Source: Nitrospirota bacterium (GTDB lineage: Bacteria > Nitrospirota > UBA9217). Taken from it: a stretch of 64,000 nt of DNA. Below are positions 63,956 through 64,000 of the stretch, one piece after another. The notes under the pieces are model-generated. The model ran no database searches. It was not told the origin of the DNA and saw only the letters and a program-made list of their open reading frames with translations. Location of the stretch: positions 160,001-224,000 of the forward strand of contig CAVVOB010000018.1 of NCBI GenBank assembly GCA_963749655.1, written 5' to 3'. Every line of letters starts with the position of its first letter. Position 1 is the stretch's first letter. The translations under genes and the position numbers were made by a program.

Positions 63956-64000
63956 GACGATAAGGTGGATCCGGAGCGCATAGTATACGGAAAAACACTC

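Overview
GC-rich bacterial chromosomal window. Gene order and content resemble Nitrospirota/Desulfobacterota (inference). Housekeeping blocks are dprA-smg-topA-xerC-hslVU-argB; tig-clpP-clpX-yihA; seven tRNA genes; dppBC; mltG; ubiB; and pgpA...cinA-thpR-recA-pilT-recX-alaS. These flank a ~12 kb extracellular electron transfer island (21972-33843) containing a porin, 5-heme and 14-heme lipoproteins, a GspC-like protein, an OmcA/MtrC-type decaheme lipoprotein with a sigma54 promoter, and a CxxCH-containing sensor kinase with a sigma54 activator. Two complete IS elements with target-site duplications are present (IS4 family 20590-21964; IS30 family 57267-58325 inside an ORF6N gene). The two most unusual signals are (1) the decaheme cytochrome looks permuted, with the normally C-terminal heme-10 module placed N-terminally, and (2) two homologous ~178-bp structured elements sit behind two different tRNA-Arg genes, each duplicating the tRNA 3' half and carrying a host-tRNA-specific antisense segment. 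Also notable are an orphan GroES with a histone-H1-like tail, a HATPase/STAS-wHTH pair upstream of cinA-recA, a 3x207-bp tandem repeat, and many periodic intergenic inverted repeats. Several genes carry clustered frameshifts that are probably long-read errors. All calls come from motif reading only; no database searches were run.
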